Positions 38,867 to 49,154 of a stretch of 64,000 nt of DNA are shown here, piece by piece. The DNA comes from an uncultured Candidatus Rokubacteria bacterium. GTDB lineage: Bacteria > Methylomirabilota > Methylomirabilia > Rokubacteriales > DASRDR01. The notes under the pieces are model-generated. The model searched no databases, was not told the origin of the DNA, and saw only the letters and a program-made list of their open reading frames with translations. The stretch lies in assembly GCA_963708025.1 (NCBI GenBank), contig CAVPSB010000049.1, positions 181,215-245,214 on the forward strand, in the 5' to 3' direction. Every line of letters starts with the position of its first letter. Within the stretch, counting starts at the first letter, position 1. The position numbers and the translations under genes are program-made.

Positions 38867-39741
38867 ATGAGGCTCTGGGGCAGGGTGGCGACCGGCCTGC
38901 TGCTGGCCTTCGCCGTGGTCTTCACGGCGATCGCCGTCGTCGCGCCCACGATGCGGCGGGAGGCCATCGTTGCGGTCGTCATCGCCACCGCGGCCGCCCT
39001 CCTGGGAGTCCCCGCGCTGGTGCGCTTCTTCGGCTCTTTTACCGGCGACGAGGAGGTGCTGAGGAACGGGACCCCGGGCGCCGCCACCATCACGTTGCTG
39101 CAGCCGACCCGGTGGCGCTACAACCGAACCTACCCCATCGTGAGGTTCGGCCTCAGCGTGGAGGCTGCCGGCGTCTACCCGGTCGAGGTCAAGCAGGCGG
39201 TCGATCCCGATCTGCTGCCGCGACTCGCCCCCGGGGTGGTGGTGGCCGTACGGGTGGACCGGCTGGACCGCAAGAAGGTCGTCATCGACTGGCGTGAGCC
39301 GGTTCGTACGGCCACGGGTGAGACCGTGGACCAGAGCGTGGCCGGGGCCGCGCAAACGCCGACAGCAAAACGGTCCCTCTGGCCTTTCCTCCGCTGGGCG
39401 TGCCTGCTGTGCTCCAGAAGACCTACTCGCCCGGCACCAGCTCGACCAGCGGAAGCCGAGGCTCCCCGGCCCGGCGCTCCGTGAGTTACCGATTCACGAC
39501 GAAGGAGGGACGGACGCTCGAGGGCCGATCCGACGTCCTTCCCGGGACCTGGGGAACACTCAAGGAAGGCGATTCCATCGTCGTCGAGTACCTGCCGGAG
39601 TCGCCCGACACCAACCGGGTCCCGGACCAACGGGCCAGGTCCACAATCTGGGGAATCATGGCGCTGGTGCTCCTGGTGGCCAGCGCGGTTCTCTTCGTCG
39701 TGGGGTGGCGAAAACGACGAGCCGCAAGCGTAGCGTGCTAG
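38867..39741 (+). CDS. Membrane protein with DUF3592-like domain(s); frame break near 39400
   Basis: Two N-terminal TMs, then GTPGAATITLLQPT...VRVDRLDRKKVVIDW; second part VSYRFTTKEGRTLEG...IVVEYLPESPDTNRV plus TM. Confidence 0.55.
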
Positions 39742-40156
39742 GTGGTCGTCGCCATCATGGGCACGCCGACCGGGGCGGCAGATCAGGTCGAGCCGCTGGA
39801 GAACGGCACACCGGTGACGGCGGTCCCGTTCCGAGTCGGCGCTCCCGCCCGATCTACGAGGTAATCGACCCAGGGGCACGCCGTCTAGTGCCGTTCCAAC
39901 TTGCTCCAGCCAATGCTTTCGAGGAATGCGGCAAGTCCGTGCTTCAAGAATCGCTTGCCCATTTTGGCTCATGCAGTTGGAATGGCACTAGCAGCCAGCG
40001 TCCCGCTCAGCCACCGGGGGCCTTGACTCCTCGCGGGAAACAGTGCTTGATGGCTCGACTCCGGCATCAAGGTCTCCGGCGATGTGCAAAGATTTTTCCT
40101 CCCGGGACAGATGCTGCGGCGACGAGCCGTACCGTGCGAAGGCCCCAGAGGAAACG

Positions 40157-40975
40157 ATGACCAGTCCGCAACACAGAGTGCTCACGTCGCCTCCGACCGC
40201 GGACCTGCGCGCGGTGATAAGCTGCATCGTCCCCGTGTTCAATGGTGAACGCTATCTAGACGAGACGCTGGACAGCATCCTCCAGCAGACTCACAGCCCA
40301 CTGGACATCATCGTCGCCGACGACGGCTCAACTGACGGAACAGCGGCTGTCGTTGCCGCCTACGGCGAGCGGGTCACGTATCTGTGGCAACCGAATGCTG
40401 GTGAGACAGCCGCGCGCAACCTCGGGCTTCGCGCCGCGCGTGGCGATTTCGTCGCCTTCCTGGATGCGGACGACCTCTGGCATCCAGACAAGCTCGCGCG
40501 GCAAGTCGCCCGATTCCAGGATCGCCCGGGGCTCGATCTCTGCTTTACTCACTTCGAGAACTTCTGGAGTCCAGAATGTACGGCCGAAGCAGAATACTAC
40601 CGGAAGCGCGCATTTTCCCCAGCGTCATCCGCGTACTCGATCTGTACCTTGCTGGCCCGCCGCGCCGCTTTTCAGAAGTTCGGCCATTTCGTCGACGACG
40701 GTCGTCGGGGGCCCCAGAACCTCATCTGGCTCTTTCACGCTGCTGAACACGGCGCCCGCATCGAGATGTTGACCGACCTCCTGATGTATCGCCGCCTTCA
40801 CCGCGAGAACCTCTCCGGGAAGCGGAGCACTGCTCACGACCTCGACACCTTCTTCCCGATCCTGAAGGCGTGGCGCGACTACCAACGGCGAGTGCGCGAA
40901 GAGACGGGGGTCGCCGCCCCGTTTGGGGCGGGCTTACCAATGACCGAAACCAGGCCGGGAGGTGTCGCATGCTGA
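40157..40975 (+). CDS. Glycosyltransferase family 2
   Basis: ISCIVPVFNGERYL, VADDGSTDGT, ARNLGL, FLDADDLWHPDKL. Confidence 0.92.
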   Translation: MTSPQHRVLTSPPTADLRAVISCIVPVFNGERYLDETLDSILQQTHSPLDIIVADDGSTDGTAAVVAAYGERVTYLWQPNAGETAARNLGLRAARGDFVAFLDADDLWHPDKLARQVARFQDRPGLDLCFTHFENFWSPECTAEAEYYRKRAFSPASSAYSICTLLARRAAFQKFGHFVDDGRRGPQNLIWLFHAAEHGARIEMLTDLLMYRRLHRENLSGKRSTAHDLDTFFPILKAWRDYQRRVREETGVAAPFGAGLPMTETRPGGVAC

Positions 40976-41418
40976 CGCTGGATCAGCGCTTTCACCCGTG
41001 TGCGCAGGTTGCCTCCAGGGTCTTCGACGGCGAGGCGATCCTGATCAACATGTCCACCGGGATGTACTACAGCATGGTCGATGTCGGTGGGCGCGTCTGG
41101 GAGCTATTGGAGGCGCGACGGAGCCTCGACGAAGTCGTGTTGTCGATCACCGCACGTTACGACGTTTCACGCGAGCAGGCCGAGGCCGACGTCCAGCGGC
41201 TGGCGGCCGACTTGCTCCGCGAGGATCTGATCGCGGCGACCCACGATGGGCCGCCGGCTCGCGCGATCGCGGACACACCGCCGCAAGCGACACTTCCGTA
41301 CGAAGCGCCCCGGCTCGACGTGTATCGCGACATGGGAGACTTGCTCGCGCTGGATCCCCCCGCCCCCCAGCTCATGGGCATCGCGTGGAACGAGCCGGGC
41401 GACGAGCCACCTCGTTAG
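40969..41418 (+). CDS. PqqD/RRE-family protein with fused leader-like C-terminal tail
   Basis: RBS GGAGG; RVFDGEAILINMSTGMYYSMVDVGGRVWELL...YDVSREQAEADVQRL, then PYEAPRLDVYRDMGDLLALDPPAPQLMGIAW. Confidence 0.88.
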   Translation: MLTLDQRFHPCAQVASRVFDGEAILINMSTGMYYSMVDVGGRVWELLEARRSLDEVVLSITARYDVSREQAEADVQRLAADLLREDLIAATHDGPPARAIADTPPQATLPYEAPRLDVYRDMGDLLALDPPAPQLMGIAWNEPGDEPPR

Positions 41419-41451
41419 CCCAACGGCCAGGTGACGAGAGAATAGTCTGTC

Positions 41452-42192
41452 GTGCTGCCTCTGATCAGCTGCGTCGTTCCCGTCTTCAACGGCGAGCGGT
41501 TTCTGCGCGAGGCGTTGGACAGCATCCTGGCGCAGACCTATCGGCCGGTGGAGATCATTGTCGCCGACGACGGCTCCACGGATGGGACGGCCGGTGTGGT
41601 GGCGGCCCATGCCGGCGAGATTCGTTACGTGTGGCAACGCAATGCGGGACCAGCGGCGGCTCGCAACCTGGGGTTGAGCGTCGCGCAAGGCGAGTTTGTC
41701 GCGTTTCTCGACGCCGACGACCTCTGGCATCGGGAGAAACTCGCGCGGCAGATGGCCTCCTTTCAGGCGCGATCCGAGCTCGATCTCTGCGTCACCCACA
41801 TACAGAACTTTTGGGTCCCAGAGCTGCGCCGGGAGGCGATTCGGTTGCAGCATGATCGGCTGATGCAAGCGTTGCCCGGGTACCTGACATCGACGCTTCT
41901 CGCCCGTCGAGCCGTATTCGAATCGGCCGGCGGATTCGATGTCGCCTTGCCGCATGCGGGAGACACCGAGTGGTTCTTGCGCGCGGCTGAACGCGGCGCC
42001 GTCATGGAGTTGTTACCCGATCTGTTGACCTATCGCCGATTGCACCAGACCAATCGGAGCCGCCTGTCGGCGACTGCGAGCTGGGAAGAGTACCTGCTGA
42101 TCGTGAAAGCGTCGCTGGACCGGCGGCGTCGCCTCAACAGGGCCGCCGCGCCGTACGCATTCCCGGGCGTCAACGAGCCGAGGAACACCTAG
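41452..42192 (+). CDS. Glycosyltransferase family 2
   Basis: ISCVVPVFNGERFL, VADDGSTDGT, FLDADDLWHREKL; paralog of 40157 and 21431. Confidence 0.92.
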   Translation: MLPLISCVVPVFNGERFLREALDSILAQTYRPVEIIVADDGSTDGTAGVVAAHAGEIRYVWQRNAGPAAARNLGLSVAQGEFVAFLDADDLWHREKLARQMASFQARSELDLCVTHIQNFWVPELRREAIRLQHDRLMQALPGYLTSTLLARRAVFESAGGFDVALPHAGDTEWFLRAAERGAVMELLPDLLTYRRLHQTNRSRLSATASWEEYLLIVKASLDRRRRLNRAAAPYAFPGVNEPRNT

Positions 42193-42261
42193 GCGAGCCA
42201 CCATTGACCTATGGGCCCGTCGCCACCCGTGCTCGAGGCGGGGGAGGCAATCGGCTGAACG

Positions 42262-43428
42262 ATGCGAGTGTTGTACTGGTCCGATCTTTTTTCGCCGTAC
42301 GTTGGGGGCGCTGAAGTGCTGAGCGCCGATCTCATCGAAGCGTTGGGGCAGCGCGGCATCGAAGCGCTCGTGCTTACCCGGCAGGACCCCGCCGATCTAC
42401 CCAGCGAGGCACGATTCAAGGGAATATCGGTGTGTCGTATCCCGTTCCTCACGGCGTTCGCGGACGGCAACATCGACCGACTCCTCGCGGCACGCCACGA
42501 GGTCAGCAGGCTCAAGCGGAGCTTTGCGCCCGACCTCATCCACGTCATCTCTTTCGGCGCCAGCGCCCTGTTTCACCTCGACACCGCGACCGCGTACCCG
42601 GCACCACTGTTGGTCACGTTGCACGGCGAGAGATCCCTAGAGGTTACGAGCGGCGACACCCTCCTGCAGAAGACCCTGCGCTCGGCCGATTGGGTGACCG
42701 GCGTCTCGGCCGCTGTCCTTGCCCAAGCACGTGAGCTGGTGCCGGAGATCCTTCCGCGCTCGTCCGTCATCTGCAACGCTCGCAAAGCACCCCGTCTCTT
42801 CCCGGAACCCTTGCCAACCGAGCCACCGACACTCCTGTGTCTCGGTGAACTCGTATCCAGCAAGGGCTTTGATCTGGCTTTGTCGGCCTTCGCTTCGGTC
42901 GTGGGGCGCATTCCGCGCGTGCGCCTGATCGTCGCGGGGGATGGTCCGGCGCGTCCGGCGCTGGAACGCCAGACCGCCAGCCTTGGCCTCACGAGTCTTG
43001 TCGACTTTCGCGGTTCCGTGACGCCAGCCGAGGTCCCCTACCTGATCAACAGCGCGACGGCGGTCGTGATCCCGTCTCGGCGCGAAGGGTTTTCCCTCGT
43101 CGCGTTGGAAGCAGCGTTGATGGGCCGCCCGGTGGTGGCAACCCGGGTTGGAGGCCTGCCGGAAGTCGTCGAAGATCAGAAGACCGGTTTCCTAGTCGAC
43201 CCGGACGACGCGGAGGCACTTGCCGACGCGCTCGCGTTTCTCCTGACTCACCTCGAGACCGCCGCCGAGCTAGGCCGGACAGCACGCCGCCGGGCGATCG
43301 AGGAGTTCAGCTGGGAACAGTGCGTCGCTGCCTATGCATCCCTCTACCGAGCGCTGACACGCGGCACGAACAGACATACCGTCGGTCCGATGGTCGCCTC
43401 CACCCAGCTTCCCGCAACCGAGGCGTAG
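42262..43428 (+). CDS. Glycosyltransferase family 4
   Basis: MRVLYWSDLFSPYVGGAEV, KGFDLAL, PSRREGFSLVALEA, VGGLPEVV. Confidence 0.92.
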   Translation: MRVLYWSDLFSPYVGGAEVLSADLIEALGQRGIEALVLTRQDPADLPSEARFKGISVCRIPFLTAFADGNIDRLLAARHEVSRLKRSFAPDLIHVISFGASALFHLDTATAYPAPLLVTLHGERSLEVTSGDTLLQKTLRSADWVTGVSAAVLAQARELVPEILPRSSVICNARKAPRLFPEPLPTEPPTLLCLGELVSSKGFDLALSAFASVVGRIPRVRLIVAGDGPARPALERQTASLGLTSLVDFRGSVTPAEVPYLINSATAVVIPSRREGFSLVALEAALMGRPVVATRVGGLPEVVEDQKTGFLVDPDDAEALADALAFLLTHLETAAELGRTARRRAIEEFSWEQCVAAYASLYRALTRGTNRHTVGPMVASTQLPATEA

Positions 43429-43430
43429 CG

Positions 43431-44510
43431 ATGCGGATCTCGCTGCCGGAGTCCGTTGCATCCCGGGGATGGCTGATGATGCGCGACACTTTCGACGGCG
43501 CGCTGGAGACCAACCCCGATAGCCTCAGCGAGTTCTTCTACATCTTCGGCGGTCACCATGTGCGCCTGCGCGTCGTCGGACGCCGCCTCGCCGCGCAGAT
43601 CACGCGGCCGTTCTCGCACTTACAGACGAATCGTCCCACCGGTCACCGGCTCTCCATTGACCTCTGGGACGAGGCCGAGACGGGTCTGCGATGCCCAGTG
43701 AGCTCACCGCCAGGCGACTCGGAGTGGACATCTGGGCCAGCAATCTCGTCTGAGGGTCGATTCATCTGGCAAAAGTCGCCGAACACGGTCAGCTGCCTGG
43801 ATCGGCGGTCATCGCGCATCGTGGGGCAGATGCGATGGAGTGACCAGGTGCTGACCTACGAACTGGGAAAACCGCTGGCCAGGCCTTTGCTGGAATGGCA
43901 CAACGATCGCGGCGTCCAAGTGATCCACGCCGGCCTCGTCGCCCGTGACAGCCATGGGATTCTCTTTGCGGGGAAGAGCGGTGACGGGAAGTCAACATGC
44001 GCGTTGGCGTGTGTCTGTGCTGGATTCGACTATTTGGGTGAAGACTTCGTCGGCTTGGAGCGTCGGCAGCCAGACGGGTCGTTTCTGGGCTACAGTCTCT
44101 ACAATGCGGCATTCGTGACGAACGATCACCTGGCGCGCTTCCCTCAGCTGGTCCCTCACGCCACGCTCGGCATCCCGGCCCGGGACGACAAGTCGGTCGT
44201 CATCCTGTCGCAGGTGTTTCCCGAGCGGCTCAGACGCGTCGTCCCGATTCGGGTACTGGTGCTCCCGCGTCTAGGCGATGCTTCGGAATCGCGGGTTCGA
44301 CGTGCTTCGAAGGGGGAGGCCTTGCTCGCACTCGGACCCAGCTCGCTCCTGCAGATACCGAGCCGCGGGATGGGCAGTTTCGCCAACCTGGCGGCGCTGG
44401 TCGAGCGCGTTCCTGTCTATTCGCTGGAGCTCGGACGTGATCTGCGATCGATTGCCCCTCGCGTCGGAGAAATCCTGACCGAGGCGACGGCTTTCGGGGA
44501 GGAGACCTAA
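43431..44510 (+). CDS. HPr-kinase-like P-loop kinase
   Basis: VIHAGLV, ILFAGKSGDGKSTCALAC, FDYLGEDFV (HprK-type H-A-G / Walker A / acidic pair). Confidence 0.8.
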   Translation: MRISLPESVASRGWLMMRDTFDGALETNPDSLSEFFYIFGGHHVRLRVVGRRLAAQITRPFSHLQTNRPTGHRLSIDLWDEAETGLRCPVSSPPGDSEWTSGPAISSEGRFIWQKSPNTVSCLDRRSSRIVGQMRWSDQVLTYELGKPLARPLLEWHNDRGVQVIHAGLVARDSHGILFAGKSGDGKSTCALACVCAGFDYLGEDFVGLERRQPDGSFLGYSLYNAAFVTNDHLARFPQLVPHATLGIPARDDKSVVILSQVFPERLRRVVPIRVLVLPRLGDASESRVRRASKGEALLALGPSSLLQIPSRGMGSFANLAALVERVPVYSLELGRDLRSIAPRVGEILTEATAFGEET

Positions 44511-45403
44511 TGGCCTCCACACGTAGGGGAAGGATTCCCCTGTTCGAGCGCCTGCAGATCGAGTCGCAGTCGAACTGTAACCGGTCCTGCTGGTTTTGCC
44601 CCCGCACCTATGACCGGTCCGGAAAGTACCTCAACGCGGATGCGAAGTCCGTCTTCAATCGGATGCCCACCGAGACAATTCTGGACCTCCTCGACCAAGC
44701 GCAGGCGCTCGGGTTCCAGGAGCGCGTCGGCTTTCACCACTACTCTGAGCCCTTGCTCGACAAGCGAAACATCATGCTCGCCGAAGCGGCGCGCGGACGA
44801 GGCATGAAGCCCTATCTGCACACCAATGGTGACGCCTTGAAGCACGACGACGAGCTCTGCGAGCAGGTCAAGGACGTTTACGGGCTGGTCGTGGTGGGCC
44901 TCTACGACTACAGGACGAACGAGGAACTGGAGGGCCTCAAGCGGTACTGGCGACACCGCTTGGCCGGTGCCAACCTCAAGTTCAGCGCGATCGGGATTCT
45001 TGGCGCCCAGTCGGCCCAGAGCATCGGGGTCCCCAAGGCGCTGGTGCCGTCCGACGCCCGGATGGCGATTCCCGACCTCACCTACGCCAATGGGGCATGC
45101 CATCGGCCGCTGATCCGGATGATAATCCAGCACGATGGCGAGATGTGTAACTGCTGCGAGGATACCTCCGGGGCCTTCGAGCTCGGCAATGTCAATCAAA
45201 GCTCGCTGGAAGCGCTGTGGTTCTCCGAGCGGCATGTCCGCGTCGTCGAGGATCTCATTGCAGGTCGGCGAGCATCTTACGCGCTCTGCCGCAACTGCCC
45301 GCTGTCTCCAACCGGGCCGCCACTCGACGGCAGGAAGATCGACATCGCTCCCCGACGCTATCGCGGGGCGCCTCTGTCCGCGAAAGCGGCACACGCGACA
45401 TAA
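44510..45403 (+). CDS. Radical SAM protein with SPASM/twitch auxiliary cluster domain
   Basis: CNRSCWFC; HTNG; C-terminal CHRP...DGEMCNCCED...LGNVNQSSLEALW...CRNC. Confidence 0.9.
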   Translation: MASTRRGRIPLFERLQIESQSNCNRSCWFCPRTYDRSGKYLNADAKSVFNRMPTETILDLLDQAQALGFQERVGFHHYSEPLLDKRNIMLAEAARGRGMKPYLHTNGDALKHDDELCEQVKDVYGLVVVGLYDYRTNEELEGLKRYWRHRLAGANLKFSAIGILGAQSAQSIGVPKALVPSDARMAIPDLTYANGACHRPLIRMIIQHDGEMCNCCEDTSGAFELGNVNQSSLEALWFSERHVRVVEDLIAGRRASYALCRNCPLSPTGPPLDGRKIDIAPRRYRGAPLSAKAAHAT

Positions 45404-45578
45404 CTCCCTCTCTCCCCTGACAGGTCACGTCCGTCTCGAGGGGCGGGTGGTGACGGTGACGCTGAGGTCAACGAGGACGTGCACTGGATCGACAGCAGCA
45501 CGGCGGCTGGCCAAGAGCGGGGCACCACGCGGCGGGCCACGGCTGGCGGCCCCCGCCGCACCCCGGGACGCAGGCCCG

Positions 45579-46550
45579 TCAGGCGAGAGGACCCCCTGGG
45601 AGATCCGTGGGATTCCCCGGGGGAACCTCGGCTGGCATGATGGCGGCGCGGCCTGCTGCCAGCCTCACGGCGCGCTCGTGAAGCTGCGGCGTGCCGAGTC
45701 GCTCTGACCAGGTCCCGAAGTCCGCGCGCGGTCCCGTCCAGCGAAGCGCGTCCACGTCGGCGCCGATGGGCGCATCGGCACGCAGCGTGGCCAGCTCCCG
45801 GAACAGCAGCGCGCGGTCGCGTTGCTCCGCGAGCGTCGTGGCCAGCCGCTGTGCTCCGCGCACGGACACGTCCCACCCGGTGGCCAGCTCCGGAATGTGC
45901 TCCAGGTGGTGATACCGGGCGAGCACGGTCGCCGCGGACCGGGTACCCCAGCCGGGCAGCCCGGGGTAGCCGTCCGCGCTATCCCCCACCAGGGCCAGCC
46001 AATCGGGAATCGAGGCCGGCCGGACGCCGAACTTCTGCCGCACCGCCGACTCGTTGCGCAGCTCGCGCGTGCGCCGATCCAGCTGGACGATCCGGTCGCC
46101 CCGCACGCACTGCGCCAGATCCTTGTCCGGCGAGCACACGACGACCTGGTCGACCCGCGCATCGGCCGCGGCCATCGCCGCCGCCGCGGCCAGCGCATCG
46201 TCGGCCTCGAACTCGACCATGGGCCAGACGACCACGCCGAGTGCGCTCAGCGCCTTCTCCAGCGGCTGGAACTGGGCGTAGAGCAGCGGGTCGATGCCCT
46301 CCCCGGTCTTGTAGCCCGGCCAGAGCGCGTTGCGAAACGATTCGATGACGTGATCCGTGGCCACCCCCAGATGGGTGGCGCCGCCCTCGAGCATGCCGAG
46401 CACCGACCCGACGACGCCGCGCACGGCCCTCAGCTCCTCGGGAGCGCTCCGGTCGAAGGCGGCCGCCGGCGAGAGGAAGTAGCGGAACAGCTCGAACGTC
46501 CCGTCGATCAGCTGGACGATCACGATCGGAACGATACGGCCGGGCGCCAC
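45579..46550 (-). CDS. Stand-alone 5'-3' exonuclease / flap endonuclease
   Basis: LIDGTFELFRYF, SFRNALWPGYKTG, FEADDALA, SPDKDLAQ, LALVGDSADGYPGLPGWG. Confidence 0.92.
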   Translation of the reverse strand: MAPGRIVPIVIVQLIDGTFELFRYFLSPAAAFDRSAPEELRAVRGVVGSVLGMLEGGATHLGVATDHVIESFRNALWPGYKTGEGIDPLLYAQFQPLEKALSALGVVVWPMVEFEADDALAAAAAMAAADARVDQVVVCSPDKDLAQCVRGDRIVQLDRRTRELRNESAVRQKFGVRPASIPDWLALVGDSADGYPGLPGWGTRSAATVLARYHHLEHIPELATGWDVSVRGAQRLATTLAEQRDRALLFRELATLRADAPIGADVDALRWTGPRADFGTWSERLGTPQLHERAVRLAAGRAAIMPAEVPPGNPTDLPGGPLA

Positions 46551-46693
46551 CGTCGTCCATCGGAGATGGCGAGCGGCAGGGCCAGGATCCCGAGCACTAC
46601 CCCGAGGAGACGCCGCCGGGGTCCCATCGCGTCGCTATGATAGCGCACCCCGGCCGTTGAGTTCCGCGCCGCCCCCGGCTATGCTCGGCCCCG

Positions 46694-47554
46694 TTGGAGC
46701 CCTCGTTCCCGATCGTCAGACAGCCCGCGCCGGGAAGGCGCATGCCGGTACTGGTCAGCGTGCCCCACTACGGCACGCAGCCGTTGCCCCAGGTCACCCG
46801 CGACGACTACACCGAGCCGTGGTTCGAGACCTTCGCCTACGGGTTCGCCGACACCTTCGTGGGCGATCTCTACGCCGACCTTCACGAGCAGGGGGCCACC
46901 GTGCTCGCCACCCCCTTCTCGCGCATCTTCGTCGACGTCAACCGCCGCCGCGACGACTTCGAGCACCGGGACGGCGAGGTGCGTTCGCGGCGCGGCGTGG
47001 TGCGCACCCACACGATGCGGGACGCGCCCATCTTCACGCGCCCGCTCGGGCTGGCCGACCTCGAGGCGCGATTGCAGACCCTCTACGATCCCTACTACAC
47101 GGCCCTGGAGCGCCTGCTCGCCGAGCTCCGTCAGGCCCACGGCTACGCGCTGCTCCTCGATGGCCACACCGGGAGCCCGCGCCGGATGAAAGATCACCAG
47201 GTGATCATCGGCACGCGCCACGACGCGACGTGCGCGCCTCAGCTCGTGACGACCGTGGCCGCGAGCTTCACCCGCCACGGCTTCGAGGTGCACGAGAACG
47301 TCAGTGGCTACACCGGTGGCAACATCGTGGCCACGTTCGGTCAGCCCCGGACGCGCGGGGTCCACGCGCTCCAGCTGGAGATCAACGCGTCGCTGCTGAT
47401 GACGACCAGCCGGGAGGAGTTCATCGCCCAGGTGTCGCGAGGTGGAGTCCCCGAGAAGGCGGACGGGAACATCGCCCGGGTGCGCGAGTGCCTCCGCGAG
47501 CTTCTGGCCGCCCTGCCCTCGGTCCTCGCGACCCTGCACGCGCCGTCGCGGTGA
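46694..47554 (+). CDS. N-formylglutamate amidohydrolase family protein
   Basis: VLVSVPHYG, SRIFVDVNR, LLDGHT, YTGGNI, HALQLEIN. Confidence 0.82.
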   Translation: MEPSFPIVRQPAPGRRMPVLVSVPHYGTQPLPQVTRDDYTEPWFETFAYGFADTFVGDLYADLHEQGATVLATPFSRIFVDVNRRRDDFEHRDGEVRSRRGVVRTHTMRDAPIFTRPLGLADLEARLQTLYDPYYTALERLLAELRQAHGYALLLDGHTGSPRRMKDHQVIIGTRHDATCAPQLVTTVAASFTRHGFEVHENVSGYTGGNIVATFGQPRTRGVHALQLEINASLLMTTSREEFIAQVSRGGVPEKADGNIARVRECLRELLAALPSVLATLHAPSR

Positions 47555-47732
47555 AGCGGCGCTTCCGGCTCCGCCACGGCCCAACCGCGGGTGACGCCGT
47601 GCGCATCATCCGGCGTCGTCCCGAGCCACTCCCTGTCCGACCGATCGTGGCCACCTGGCCACCGGGGCACCCGCCTGGATTGGCCGGACCGGCCCGCTCC
47701 CGGTGCTAAGATCGGGTGCACCGGGAGACGGC

Positions 47733-49154
47733 ATGGACGACGCGGCCTTCGGCCTGACGATCAACGGGCAGCCGGCGCGGGTGGCCGGCGTGTCCCCCAC
47801 GACCACGCTGCTCCAGTTCCTCCGCGCCCAGGGGTGGACCAGCGTCAAGGAGGGCTGCGCCGAGGGCGACTGCGGAGCCTGCACGGTGGCCCTCGTCGAG
47901 GCGGGGCCGGACGGCGTCGCGCGGTGCCGGGCCGTGGTGAGCTGCCTCCTGCTCCTCCCGATGGCCGCCGGTCTCGAGGTGTGGACGGCCGAGGGGATCG
48001 CGCCCGCGGGCGCGCTCCACCCGGTCCAGGCCGCGATGGTCGCCCACGGGGGCTCCCAGTGCGGCTACTGCACCCCCGGCTTCGTGATGAGCCTCTTCGC
48101 CGAGCACTACCGGCCGGGACGGGACGGCGCCGACGACGAGGCGCTCGTCGGGAACCTCTGCCGGTGCACGGGGTACCTGCCGATTCGCGCCGCCGCGCGC
48201 TCGCTCGGCGCCCCGGCCCCGGACGATCCCTTTCTCGAGCGGCTTTGCCGCCCGGGACCCGTGCCGGCGCCGGTCAGCTACGCCGCCGCCGGCGGGCGGT
48301 TCGATCGCCCCGGCCGGCTCGCCGAGGTCATCGCCCTGCTGGAGGCACACCCCGAGGCTCAGTTCGTGGCCGGCGCCACCGACCTGGCCCTCGAGGTCAC
48401 CAAGCGCTTCCGCCGCTTCCCCGTCCTGATCGCCCTCGACGCGGTCAGCGAGCTCCAGGCGATCCGGCACGACGGGGACGGCTGGGAGCTCGGTGCCGGC
48501 GCGACGCTGAGCCGGATCGAGGAGGAAGTGGGCGGCGCCCTGCCCGCCCTCGGTCAGATGCTCACGCTCTTCGCGTCGCGGCAGATCCGGAACCGCGCCA
48601 CGCTGGGCGGGAACCTGGCGACCGCCTCGCCCATCGGCGACCTGGCGCCGGTCCTCCTCGCGCTGGACGCCGAGGTGCGGCTGGCCGGGCCGCTCGGCGA
48701 ACGGCGGCTTCCCCTCTCCGACTTCTTCACCGAGTACCGGTGGACGGCCCTCCTGCCGGGCGAGCTGCTGGTCTCGGTGCGGATCCCGCGGGTCCCCGCG
48801 CCCGGCGCCGTCCGTTGCGTGACCCGCGCCTACAAGGTCGCGAAGAGCCCGCGGGCGGACATCAGCACGGTGGCGGCCGCTTTCGCGCTCCACCTCGACC
48901 CGCGAGGCCGCGTCGTCCGGGCGCGACTGGGCTACGGCGGCGTCGCGAAGACTCCCGCGCTGGCGCGAGGCGCCGAGGCGGCCCTCGAGGGCCGGGCCTG
49001 GGATCCAGCGACGGTCGAGGCTGGGCGCCGCGCCCTGGCCGAGGAGTTCCAGCCGATCAGCGACCTTCGCGGGAGCGCCGGGTACCGGCGGCTCCTGGTG
49101 GCGAACCTCCTCGAGCGGTTCTTCGAGGACACGCGGGCGGAGGCCGGGGCGTGA
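47733..49154 (+). CDS. xdhA: Xanthine dehydrogenase small subunit (2Fe-2S + FAD)
   Basis: KEGCAEGDCGACT, GSQCGYCTPGF, GNLCRCTGY, FASRQIRNRATLGGNLATASPIGD. Confidence 0.92.
   Translation: MDDAAFGLTINGQPARVAGVSPTTTLLQFLRAQGWTSVKEGCAEGDCGACTVALVEAGPDGVARCRAVVSCLLLLPMAAGLEVWTAEGIAPAGALHPVQAAMVAHGGSQCGYCTPGFVMSLFAEHYRPGRDGADDEALVGNLCRCTGYLPIRAAARSLGAPAPDDPFLERLCRPGPVPAPVSYAAAGGRFDRPGRLAEVIALLEAHPEAQFVAGATDLALEVTKRFRRFPVLIALDAVSELQAIRHDGDGWELGAGATLSRIEEEVGGALPALGQMLTLFASRQIRNRATLGGNLATASPIGDLAPVLLALDAEVRLAGPLGERRLPLSDFFTEYRWTALLPGELLVSVRIPRVPAPGAVRCVTRAYKVAKSPRADISTVAAAFALHLDPRGRVVRARLGYGGVAKTPALARGAEAALEGRAWDPATVEAGRRALAEEFQPISDLRGSAGYRRLLVANLLERFFEDTRAEAGA

Noticed and set aside
20148-45403. Canonical lasso peptide cluster
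   Set aside because: No asparagine-synthetase-like cyclase, transglutaminase-like B2 peptidase or stand-alone precursor with a penultimate Thr in the window.
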